Source of the DNA: Octopus sinensis
Taxonomy: Eukaryota
Direction: 5' to 3'
NCBI RefSeq assembly: GCF_006345805.1
Contig: NC_043008.1
Coordinates: 48,050,001 to 48,114,000, forward strand
DNA: 64,000 nucleotides
Under the pieces are notes generated by a model. The model searched no databases. It saw only the letters and a program-made list of their open reading frames with translations, and had not been told where the DNA came from. Positions within the stretch are counted from its first letter, which is position 1. The number at the start of each line of letters is the position of its first letter. A program made the position numbers and the translations under genes. Positions 12,641 through 25,081 of the stretch are shown here, in pieces.

Positions 12641-12943
12641 ATATTAACGTACTTTGATGTCCAATTATATATGGTAAAAAAGCAATTTAACTTAATACTT
12701 TTAGTAAATTACATGCTTATGCAATCTTTCACAAGGAAAAAAAGTGTCAGTAACTTCGAAATATTGGCTTTTTGGTATTTGTTAAAGCATGTTATACTTG
12801 GGCTCATTTTTCTGCGAATGGTATTTAGCGAGTTGGTGTTTGTGGCTAATTGGAACTATGTTTGGGTGTACATATGTGTGTGTATTTGTACATATATAAA
12901 TATATATACATATACATATATATATATATACATATATATATCA

Positions 12944-13320
12944 TCATCATCATCATCATCGTTTAACGTCCGCTTTCCATGCTAGCATGGGTTGGACGGT
13001 TCAACTGGGGTCTGGCAAGCTCGAAGGCTGCACCAGGCCAGTCAGATCTGGCAGTGTTTCTACAGCTGGATGCCCTTCCTAACGCCAACCACTCCGAGAG
13101 TGTAGTGAGTGATTTTATGTGCCACCGACACAGGTGCCAGACGAGGCTGGCAGACGGCCACGCTCGGTTGGTTTTTTTATGTGCCACCGACACAGGTGCC
13201 AGACGAGGCTGGCGAACGGCCACGCTCGGATGTTGTTTGTTACGTGCCCACAGCACGGAGGCCAGTCGATGCGGTACTGGCTACGGTCACGTTCGGATGG
13301 TTTTCTTATGTGCCACCCAC
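12944..13320 (-). mobile_element. RTE-tail non-autonomous retroposon with internal ~58-bp tandem subrepeats
   Basis: Minus 3' end gcatggaaagcggacgttaaacgatgatgatga is RTE-like; tatgtgccaccgacacaggtgccagacgaggctggc repeated at about 13116 and 13178, with decayed third and fourth units. Confidence 0.75.
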
Positions 13321-13326
13321 AAGGAT

Positions 13327-13365
<39 letters not shown>

Positions 13366-13366
13366 A

Positions 13367-13402
<36 letters not shown>

Positions 13403-13836
13403 GTACATAAATATATATATGTGTGTGTGTGTGTGTGTGATTTGTCTGTGTGTGTGTATAACAAAGTAAAGTTGGGGGTTACTGCACGAGTAAAAATATA
13501 AGGAACAGAATCTGAAAATGCGGGAGTCCTTTAAAAGTATTTATTAACTTAACCGGTTTCACTTATTTAAAAAGATTTTCAAATGTAAAGTATGAGACTT
13601 TGTATATCCTCTTATCATGGTCAAATAGTCAAATGGTCAAATGGTCAAAGACTTTATAACTTGATTTGAGTACATTTATGTAAACTAGTTTTTGACACGC
13701 CAGAGGATAGTCAAAACCTCATATTTTATTTTTGAAAATATTTCTAAATAAGTGCAACCGTTTAAGTTAAGAAGTCCCGCATTTTCAGGTTCTTTCCCTA
13801 ATATATTGCGAAATATATATACATATGTTTGTATGA

Positions 13837-13903
<67 letters not shown>

Positions 13904-14056
13904 TATGTATGTATGTATGTATGTATGTATGTATGTATGTATGTATAAATTTGTCTACGTGTGTATTTTAACAATGTTCGTAGATAGACAGAAAAGAAAG
14001 AAATATTTCTTTTCAGAATTCACTCAGAAAAACTCAGGTAGAAAATATTTTTGGGT

Positions 14057-14088
<32 letters not shown>

Positions 14089-15242
14089 TTTCCTTTTTTT
14101 CAAATGATGTTGTTTTTTAGCATTATTAATCAAAGGTCAAAGCGCTGCAATATTTAATTAAAGCTGGAATTTAGGTAACGTAGTGGCGTTGACTTTATAG
14201 AGATATGAATTACTACGACATTACATGGCAACGAAAAAGTATAATAATTAAAAATTTAGAAATAGCCATTAGCTGATTAGTTTTTGTGAAAGATATGTGA
14301 TCGTTAAATTTAAGTGCTGCACACTAGAAATAATGGTTGCATTAATGAAAATGTGTTTTGACAGTAAATAAAATGACCTTCGAGGTAATAGTTATACATT
14401 TAATATTTCGTTTTGGCGGTGTATTGTAGACGTCAGTGCATAATGGAGAGTTGATGGTTTATTGTGAGTTATTGCTGGTTTTTGGTCGATGAGAAGAGGT
14501 TGAAGAGAATAGGGACAAAATGAAAGAGAGAAAGATACGGGAGAGAGAGGAGAGAGAGAGAGAGAGAGAGAGAAGGGAGAGGTTAGCTTAAAAGTATAAA
14601 AGAGATATGAAATGATAAAGAAATTAATATGGCGGAAGAAGGGAAATAAGTGAATGGAAGAAAGAAAATTACTGAAAGCAAAAGGAATAAAATGAATGAA
14701 ACAAAGAAGGAAAGAAATTTGGTGGAAAAATGAAAGATAGTGTTAGAGATAATAGATATATGAATGAATGAAGCTGTGAATGAGTGATGAAAAAGAGAAA
14801 GATGAAACTCGTTGAAAGAGAGAAAACAGCCAAAAAGAAAAAAACACAAGAACCACAGAAGAAGAAAAAAAACGAAGAAGAAAAAAACGAAAGAGAAATT
14901 AATATGGTTTCAATATTTTACTTGTATAATTGATAAAGTTGCTGTTATTGTTGCTGTTACTGTTTAACCCCGAGTCTTTTCTGAGATCAAACAGTCTTTT
15001 GATTAAGTGTTTCAACCATCACCTGAGTCTTTACTTTCAAACGTAATGCAACCAGGACTACGTTTATCATTAGGCCTTGCATTGGGTTATTAGGTCTGAG
15101 TTTTCACTTGAGAGAGATTCAGCTGTTGTCTCTAGCAGTCATTGTGACTGCAATAAATGCGTTGGTGTTGTTGCTGTTGTTACTGATTGTAGTGTTGGTG
15201 CTATTGTGCTGTTATTCGTGTTGTAGATGCGGTGATGGTAAC

Positions 15243-15315
15243 AGTGGTGGTGGTGGTGGTTTTGGTGGTGGTGGTGGTGGTGGTTTTGGTGGTGGTGGTG
15301 GTGGTGGTGGTGGTG
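15243..15315. repeat. (GGT)n microsatellite
   Basis: Direct reading. Confidence 0.95.
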
Positions 15316-16672
15316 TTAATGTTCTTTTTTGTTGATGTAGTGGTGTTGTTATTTTTGGGGTTCATTTGTTAGTCCCAGAGTATTCCCTAATTGAGGCTGC
15401 AGCCAAAGGAGTTCCAATGGTGATAATCCCTCCATTTTCTTGTTTATTTTTATGCATAGTGTACCTAGGACAACATTATAAAATGTGGCCTTCTATTTCA
15501 CTTTTCTTACGAAAGAAAGTCGTGATTTGATGGGAATTTGGTTGTTAACTGTAGCAGATCAGGTGTTCGGTCGTTCCATCGTTGACTCGAAACATTTTGC
15601 GGAACGTGTTTGCTTTTTTAATCAGTAGAAATGAAAATGGCTAACATCGACTTCCGGCCATAAAGGAGGCAGAGGAGGGGGATATACTTGATTAAAGTGA
15701 TGCTATCACGTGATTTTTTTAAATTTCTTTTATTTATGATTGAAATGCAAAGCTGACTTCCAGCTGCAACTTTTACACGCAGAATACAAATGTAATGAGA
15801 GCAAGCTTCTATTTCTGCCGCTCCACCACCTCATCACGAGGAATAATGATGTTTTGACATTGCTTGGAAATGCTACGGTTGTTGTTGTTGTTGTCGTCGT
15901 CGGGTCATTCCTAACTGAGCAGAATTATAATCAAAGATGTTAGAGCAGAGATTATCCAGTGAATCCCTTCTTTTGAAGACTTTTGAGTATGATTTGAGGG
16001 AACTTGGTTGTTATTTCCACCACATTGTTCCACTGCGTATAGGTTCCCTCACTGGATTTTATAATAAATCTCCATAAACTACCAAACCGCAGTATTGATA
16101 GACTAACGAAGGACTAATGATGGAATATGGTTGCATTATTGATGGAAAACTGATTAAGAATTCCTGGGTCTAAATAAGTCGAACTCTACATTAAAAGATA
16201 ACTAAATCTGGTCAATTTTGCAATAAGGCCCAAATTACAAACGTGTTTTGGCTCCATTATTTACAGTTGTAATTTTGTCATGGTTCTGTTACTCAAAAAA
16301 CTGATTCCCCAATGAAGCCACTCTTAACAGACTTAACACTTTTGTGGTATTACTACGTGCAAACGTAATTTTGCAACATTTCCATTTCCATACTGACCTA
16401 ATATTTCAAATGATACCGCAATGGACGAAACTTTACCGTAATGTCACTAATCTCAAACTTAACTTTTTGCAAAATAGCGACACTTACCGACATAATTTTG
16501 CAATAATATCGCTAATTACGGGGGTAGATTTCATAATGCTGCCGCGACATACAGACGTAATTTTACTGTGGTATCACTAATTCCAGACGTAATTTTGCAA
16601 TGATGCTGCGATTTGTCGACTTAATCTTACATACCTCTACTTACGGACATATTTTGCATAGATTCAATAATT

Positions 16673-17069
16673 CTTTTCTACTCTAGGCACAAGGCCCGAA
16701 ATTTTGGGGGAGGGGGCCAGTCGATTATATCGACCCAGTACGCATCTGGTACTTAATTTATCGACCCCGAAAGAATGAAAGGCAAAGTCGACCTCGACGG
16801 AGTTTGAACTTAGAACGTAAAGTCAGACGAAATACCTATTTCTTTACTACCCACAAGAGGCTAAACACAGAGAGGAGAAACAAGGACAGACAAACGGATT
16901 AAGTCGATTATATCGACCCCAGTGCGTAACTGGTACTTATCTGATCGACCCCGAAAGGATGAAAGGCAAAGTCGAACTCGGCGGTATTTGAACTCAGAAC
17001 GTAACGGCAGACGCAATACCGCCAATCATTTCGCCCGGCGTGCTGACGATTCTGCCAGCTCGCAGCCTT
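16673..17069 (-). mobile_element. Dimeric tRNA-derived SINE (Nin/Deu-like core) with 16-bp TSD
   Basis: Two copies of ttatcgaccccgaaag(g/a)atgaaaggcaaagtcga; catagattcaataatt at 16657-16672 and 17070-17085. Confidence 0.9.
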
Positions 17070-17789
17070 CATAGATTCAATAATTACAAACGTAATGTCT
17101 GCAATGACGTCACTCATTGCAAATCATTTCGTATTCTACTTCCAGAAATAATTCCTAAAATGAAACTCATAATTGAACAAGCCATTTTGTTGTTGCGCTT
17201 TACATACAGCCCTAGTTTTTCAGTGGTCCTTAGAGACGTAACATTTACCGCTAATTACAGAGTTAAAACTGCTACATTGACACTAGATACGGACGTAGAT
17301 TTCGCAATGGTTCCAATGCGTATGAAGCTAACTTTGCTGCGGTGTTGCTACTTACACAGGAAGTTTTCCAATGATGCAGTGCTCACGTGATGCAAGTTTC
17401 CTAAAACATCACAGACATAATATTGATGTGGTGCTTTCGACCCTTATGCCTAGAGTAGAAAAGAATATAGATGAAGTGCTTTCGAGCCTTGTGCCTAGAG
17501 TAGAAAACAATATTGATATGGTGCTACCATTTACAAATATAATTTTTGTAGGGAAACCGTTATTTTTAGGGTATAATAGTTCCGCTATTTGCAATGATGC
17601 TGCAATTTGCAAATGTCATCTGGCTGTGGTCCCACTGTAAGCAGAAGTAATTTTGCAGTGGTTCCACTGCTTAAGGATGATATTTTGCTATGAGGTCACT
17701 TATTACACAGGTACTTTTTCCGAGATGCAAAACCATAGACGTAATCACGTGATCACGAGATCGACCAGAATATCCGATATTTTTATACG

Positions 17790-18010
17790 TCATTGTTCAC
17801 AATGTACTTTGCCTCGTTTTAGCTTTCGAATGATGCCACTCCGCTGGCTAGGCGAGCAGGACAACACCCCACTCCCCTGTCGGAAGGTTAGTCCATTACA
17901 GCTGAGTGGACAGGAGCAACGCAAAATAAAATGTTTTGTTGAAGAGCACAACACGTCGCTCGGTCTGGGAATTGAAACCACGGTCTAGCGATCGTCAGTG
18001 CAACACCTTA
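17790..18010 (-). mobile_element. Degenerate tRNA-derived SINE
   Basis: ttttagctttcgaatgatgccactccgctggctaggcgagcagg and ggtctgggaattgaaaccacgg match 1878-2185. Confidence 0.7.
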
Positions 18011-21000
18011 ATCACTAATATTTCTAATATAAATAATGGAACCACAAGTAGACTTAACCTTGCTGTGCTGTCACTACTTACAGACGTAATTTTGGCCATT
18101 AACCTATTCCATAGAGGAAGAATTTTACAACGATGCTGCAAACATCAAACGTAATCGACGCTGCTACTTAGAGACGTCATTTTGCAATGGCCTCTGCTCA
18201 GGCACACTTCTATCTTCTGTGATGACGCTGCTTACGTAACGTTGCAATGGCGAACCTACTACAAGCGTAATTTTGCAATGCTGCCACCGTTTACAGACAT
18301 TATTCTATTCGACTGCCGATGCCGATAAATTTAACTCCGCGAGTTAAAAGTGTCATTTTAACCTGGTGGAGCTAATTAGTGACATAATTTTAATGTAACC
18401 TTATTACTTATGCGCGTAATTTTGCAATGGTGCTGATGCTGTGAGCCTGGTACTTCCAGACTTGCATTTGCACTGGCTCCGCTAGTTAGAGACATCATTT
18501 TAGAAGTGATGTCTCAAATACAAACATAATTTTGCAGTGGTTGTTTCGATGGTGCAGAGACAATTTTGCACTGATTTCCCTGCGTTCCTCTACTTTCAGC
18601 GCAATTTTGATGTTGTTCCTTTAATTCTTGACCTTCTTTAGTTGTGTGAGGACCCTACTTAGAGATACGATTTTCCTACGGTTCCATTACTTCAAGATGC
18701 ACTTTTCATCGTGTTCCACAGCTTACAAACATAAATGTTGTTATAACACCGCTTCTTTCAGATATTTGCAAATGTTGCTGCCACTTAAAGCTGCAATGTT
18801 TCGAGGTGGGGGGGGGATGCATGACTTAATAATATATATTTGGCAACGGCACCGATAACTAGCAGACGTAATCACACTGCTTGCAGACGTAAATTGTCTC
18901 TGGTTCCTCTAATTTTGCAGACGTAAGCAGCGGTGCCACTGCATTTCGCTATTTTAGACTTAATATTGCTCTGTGACAGCGCTTACAGACCTAATTGGGG
19001 AGTATTTCCGCTAATCACAGATTTAGTTTCAAAATAATGTCGCTCTTTGCAGGAGTAAATTTGCAGTGGTTCCGATGCTCAGAGACATAATTTCTGCAAA
19101 CAATGCCGCGACTCGTTGACGTAATATTGCAATGGTTCACGTAATTCGACAGGAGACTTTTGATATCTTACTTAAAGACAGAGTTTAGTTATAGACGTCA
19201 TTTTCCACGGTCGCCGCCATTTACAGGTGTATCTTGCCACTACACACTCACTATATACAAGAACGCTTCTGCTTTCAGAAATACTTTTAGATTGTGGTGC
19301 CACTAATTCGGACATAATTTAAATTTTGATGTGGGTCTTCTTCTGGCAGAAGCTACTTTTCAATGAGGTTTCTACTTACAGACGTACTTTTCCCGTGTTT
19401 ACTCTAATTACGGTCGAAATTTTGTAATGATACCACTATTTTCAGACGTAAATTTAAAATGGTACCATTAAAAATGGATGTCATTTCTGTAAATATGTTG
19501 CTACTTGCGGCGGTCATTTTGCAGTAATTCCGTAACTTACGGACGGAATTCTTTCAATGATGCCTCTACAATATTTGCAATAACGGCATTAAAAGACGTA
19601 ATTTTTGCAATTATGAAATACTTACTAGAAACGTCTGTAAGTAACCGCATCAACCCCAAAATTACATCAATGGTATTGCTATTCACAGGCATGATTTCTT
19701 CATTGTTAAGATGTCACTACTTAAAGGCGTAAATTTGCAGCGTTCCTACTTCTGTCAGTCGTTCATTTCACAATGATGTCACTTCATACAAACCTAACAA
19801 CTAACGTAACTTTTAGAATGACGGCGCTATACGTGTTTGTAATTTTGCCGTTACTTAAACACGAATTTTAGAGCGAAGCCACTGTTTACAGGTGTAAATT
19901 TTATAGTTTTACCGCCACCAACAGACGAAATTTTACCGCTACTTTCAGACGTAATATTGTTCCGGTTTCGCTTCTTACAAACGTTATTTTCTCCATGTTG
20001 TTTCTACTAATTGACGTACTTTTATTGTTACCTTACTAATTACAGACGAAGCTTTTCAATTGAACCGCCATTAACGGACGAAATTTTGCTTTAGAGCCAT
20101 TAAATATAAATGTAATTTTCGCAACCATGCAGACCTACCTTTCTTCTGATGTCAATAATACAAGACGTAACTTTGTAGTGATGCCATTTCTGCAGATAGA
20201 ATTGATGCCGATGCTTAGAGACGCAATTTTATTGTCGTTCTTCTACGTACCGATCTAATTTTCACTATGGTAGTAATACTTAATTTTGCATTGATATTCC
20301 TGTTTGAAGACGTAATTTTCGCAATGTTACCGCTACATCCAGACGTAATGTCGCTGTGAAGCTACTATTTACAGTTATAATTTTACAGTCGTTTTGCTAC
20401 TTGAATACGTAGTTTTGCTATAGTGCCACTAGATACAAACGTATATAATGGTGCTGGTACATGCATACGAAATTTCTTGTTATTCTATATTCATATCAAA
20501 AAGCAGTTGGTCTTTTTTAGTTAAGTGTGTAGATTCTGAAATGAAGGCAGACCTAATAGTTCCTGGATCATTCCCATTGTTCTCAGCCATCTTGCTGCCT
20601 CAGTAATCGGCTCTCAACTACGCAATAGCCATATCCATGAAAATCATTTCTCGTTGATTATAGATAAACATGTAGAATACTGAAACTGCGTCCTAGTTTC
20701 GAAATCGATTCCCTTTGCAAAAATTTCATTCCATGCATGCACCCACAACGGCCTACAGGAAGGTATGAAACTCAAATAATCTTGCTTTTCGCTCGAATAA
20801 ATGTGTTATCTTAAACTTAAATAACTTTCATTTCGAGTAAAGACGTACAGATCAAAGGCCATTTTCCAGTAATACAAACCTGGTGCTATAACTCAATTTA
20901 AAAACCATAATATGGTTGTGTCATTGGTTCCTTTGAATGACATGGCAATTACCAGACAGGGTAATTACCCATTTCCTTTCACCGGTATAATTAGTGACGT

Positions 21001-21465
21001 TGTAACCAAGACATCTTTGAAACAGTCAAAGTATTGGTGATGTCTTAAAGTCTGCTCCGTTGACACCATTCTATGCCAAAATTTAACTTTAAATTAGAGG
21101 AAGAAAGATCAATATCAAAATTATCAGAGAAATATTTACTTATTTGGGTCTTATCCTATTGCTGCTGCTGCTGCTACTGCTGCTTCTGGTGTTGTTGTTG
21201 TTATTTAATTCGTATCGTTCTTCACCAGGCAGATCTATGCTCAACGAAACGCCGTTTTTTGGCTTACGTTTTGGGAGTCCGCGATCACATTATCCAACGT
21301 CTTTTTTTTTTCAAGATAGTGAAATGTAAATTGAAGGTTTAGCTGTTATTTCTAGAAGGCAGAGCGACCACATAAAGTCATTCGATCTTTCTTCTTCTTC
21401 TGTCTTCCACTCCCTCTCGCTATCTTTCTTCTCCTCTCTACTCTCTCTCTCTCTCTCTCTCTCTC

Positions 21466-21504
<39 letters not shown>

Positions 21505-21575
21505 TTGTTAGTATATATATTTAACTCTGCCTCTCTCTCCCTTCTTTCTCTCTCTCTCTCTCTTTCCTTCTCTCC

Positions 21576-21607
<32 letters not shown>

Positions 21608-22877
21608 GAGATTAACGCTATAAATTCTTTCGGTTACACTCTTTAGCAGGAAAAGAAACAAGAAAGAGAGAAACTGAGGAAGAGAACCAAAGAATAACTG
21701 AAGGGAGGGGGAATTAATGAATCCCAATTTTCTTTCTGCCAGTTGTACCGACGCAACCTTATTCATGTTCAGATTGTGAAATAAAATTTTTAATTTCAAG
21801 GTTTTTAATTATTTCCTACTAATTTGATGTTTTAATTTTGTAGTTTAGAAGTGTTTTACTCTCTACACCTTCTTCGGCCACTTCTAAATAATACACAAAT
21901 CCTTTTCTTCCATAGAAATTGTATCTATCTGGAACTCACTTTATGACCATACTGGAGCACACATACAGCATTAACATATCAGCCCCACCACGGAATTTCT
22001 ATTTTCCAGTAGATTCCAGTAGGTTCCGAAAGAACCTAACAAATCTAAATAATTTGGTTAGCAACTTCTCAAAGCAACAATAGTAACCGACTAAAATAAT
22101 GCCATAGTCGTTATGCTATGTCGGAACCGAAGCGAGGAATGAAGGCAGGTTTTATGACGAAAAAGAATTTTTAAATAACATAAAACATCAAATCATAAAA
22201 TATATAACAACAAAAGATGTCTGTAAAGCTGGAAAAGAAGAAAAAGAATCAAAAAAATTCCATACATTTGAACTTCGATCCAACTATTTCATTACTTCAC
22301 GAAACCATATTTTTTCTCTGTTTTTGTTTCTTAGTATTTTCCGGAACAATATAGCGTAACGAGAGATTCTGTGTTTCTTTCGACGACTCGAGTTTCATGT
22401 GAACATAACAAAGACATTCCATATATTTTAGCCTATTGTATCCTGTGTTGCTAACTTAGCTTTGGCTTCTACCTCGGCAACCGGATATTTTTCTTTAGCT
22501 GACTGTAATACGAACGACTAGCAGCAAGAAACCATTGATCAAAAGTCTGTTGAGACAAGCAATTGTTAGTAACAAATATGTATAATTGTAACCGAAAGCG
22601 ATATATAAGAATCTTCTATATTCACTAATAGCGATGACCTTTAAACGAACCCTATTTAGTGCTGCTACCCATTAAAATGGTTAATTTGAGATATTTGTTC
22701 AGCATTCTTTATATTTTTTTATATCAATTTTACTTTTAATTTTATTATTCTTGCTTATTAATTTGCAAAATAAATGATCATCAAGCTGAAATGGAATTTC
22801 TTAAAACTCTATAATTCTGTCTTCTTTATCTATTTCTCAAATTCCTTTCATTATATTTGCCAGCAGCATTTTGTATT

Positions 22878-22913
<36 letters not shown>

Positions 22914-23341
22914 TTTATCGTTAAACAACTGTCTGGCAGTAGGTACAAGAGCCGTGTGTGATATCTGAGAATTCAATAGTCCAATGCACGTGGAACATCT
23001 TTGTTATAAAAAGAATAATGTTTTCTTAAGCCTTCAGTTTACCTCTTATCTCCTTGGATTTATTCATTGTCAACAAATTCGGTCATGTTAAAAGAATGGT
23101 AATGGATGTTATTTTGGCGACGCGACACACAGAAGATTCTGTTCTCTGTAACTGGAGCGTCTTTCATCGAAAATAATCAGGGATTCTGTTTGTCCTACAC
23201 ACATATGTAAAACCAACATTTGAGAAAGCGCATCGTCTATATTCTGCCAATCTATTCCATGTCTCCTCCTTATGATTGTGAATTCTTTGTCAACAAATAT
23301 TCTTGGCAAATATCTTGATATTTGACGCTCATTATATATTA

Positions 23342-23378
<37 letters not shown>

Positions 23379-23621
23379 ACGATCTCGAACCCACAAGAGT
23401 AAATAAGAGAGACAGAGACAGGCAGAAACAAGGAAAATACCCCTTTTATTTGAATACTATGCAAATATTTTTTTTTAAATCTTTTCATTTAATTTTTCCA
23501 AAATTTAATTGCTTTTCATACTTACAGTTGAAAAAGTCTCAATGACTGAAACCGGTACTGAAATGTTTTTTATAAATTATTTTATAAAACAAATTCAGGG
23601 TCGATGTACGTATATATATAT

Positions 23622-23666
<45 letters not shown>

Positions 23667-24682
23667 CACATATATATATACATGTGTGTGTGCGTGTGTG
23701 TGATGCATATACATATATCATGAGAACGGCAAATAAGTCGAAACTTGGAAGTCGCTTGCAATCTTTTCCTTGTAAAAATAAAAGTGGTACATTATTGGAA
23801 ATTATTGAGTGAAACTATTTCAATTTAAAGCTCGACTGTTTATTATACAGCTTTATATAAGAAACACGCGCGCTCGCACGTGAGTTTGTGTTAGTGTGTG
23901 GGTGTGTGGGTGTGGTAAAATAGTTTCAAACACATAAAAAGTACCGAGGAAATTGATATTTTCTTTAAACAATGATCCATTGTTCAAGATATGATGGCCA
24001 GTTTTAACTCGTTTTTCCTCTGCTGACTTATGTCATATTAAGTAAGCAGCTTTAATTCATTTTGACATTGTTCTTATTGAATAACTTAATGAAACTCTAC
24101 GGCTTTTTAATGCAGATGCGCAGCTTGAAGAGGGGAATTATCTTGCCATACGGAATTTGACATTCGCGATAAATAACAAGTTGCATCAGATTATATTTTC
24201 TTGTCTATTCGACTCTAACCAGAAAGAATGTCAAAAACTTCGGATGTAAAAAATTTCTTCTTGCCAATCAACAAAAACTTCCAAACAGGCCATAAATTTC
24301 ACGAGACGCTCGAAATGAAAAATGTCAACATAAATTGGTGCTTCTTTCTTCATTTGAGGAAATTTCTGAGATCAAATAATGTAAAATGTATCACCGGTTG
24401 GTGCAATTACTCAAGGATGTCAATGCAAGTTGTAAATAAAGACAATATTGTTCGACGAGATGATATCGCGTGTGTCACAAGGCAGTTTCATTAACTGGAA
24501 AATACATTGCGTAAAGACAATCAAAGAGTTCCAACCGATCATCTTCTTAGGAGACGATTTCAAAAAAAGTAGTACTTCCTTTGAACAGATAACAAATGGA
24601 ATAATGTACATTATTTACATTTGACTGATATTTGTCCTCAGTAACCTCAGGCAAGGATGGAATAAACACATGAGAGCAAAGT

Positions 24683-24731
<49 letters not shown>

Positions 24732-24904
24732 ACTTACAGGATCATGCTCAAAGTGGTATCGTCACTCGTACGCACCATCTTTGCTACATTCACCCACCTT
24801 TGTTTGAAACTTTCACGAGACAAAACCTACCTCTCCATTCTTATCTTCCTTATAAAGTGGTACTTGAAAAAGTTGACGAGTGATTGGCCAGAGAGGTAGG
24901 TGTT

Positions 24905-25066
24905 TGTCTCTAATCCTTTCGCTCGTGCGAGCAGGACGATTTCGTTGCTCTGACCGCATCTCGGGCATGTCGGTCCGGTGTGTCTCGAACCGTGCCTGTA
25001 GAGCTTATCGCGAACAGGTAATGTTTTTCGATAGCACTGCTAGGCCAGGGATCTTTGGTGATTGTC
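24905..25066 (-). pseudogene. L1/Tx1-type LINE ORF2 C-terminal zinc-knuckle fragment
   Basis: Minus frame SLA*QCYRKTLPVRDKLYRHGSRHTGPTCPRCGQSNEIVL: LP-x-RD..CPRC..E pattern of the zf-RVT domain. Confidence 0.75.
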
Positions 25067-25081
25067 CATATATATATATAT

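Larger units (their letters stand above)
16210..20475. repeat. Highly degenerate 32-bp tandem array, consensus approx. ACAGACGTAATTTTGCAATGGTGCCGCTACTT
   Basis: Period measured directly, e.g. agacgtaattttactgtggtatcactaattcc|agacgtaattttgcaatgatgctgcgatttgt (32+32); interrupted by two SINE insertions. Confidence 0.85.

Noticed and set aside
16210-20475. CRISPR-like array or repeat protein
   Set aside because: Eukaryotic context, no cas genes, the variable half is still alignable to a consensus rather than being unique spacers, and 32 bp is not a multiple of 3.
20555-20640. Minus-strand first exon with YY1-like AAGATGGC start (ATG at 20590)
   Set aside because: Only a weak donor follows and the frame closes after 36 codons; a single short motif is not enough.
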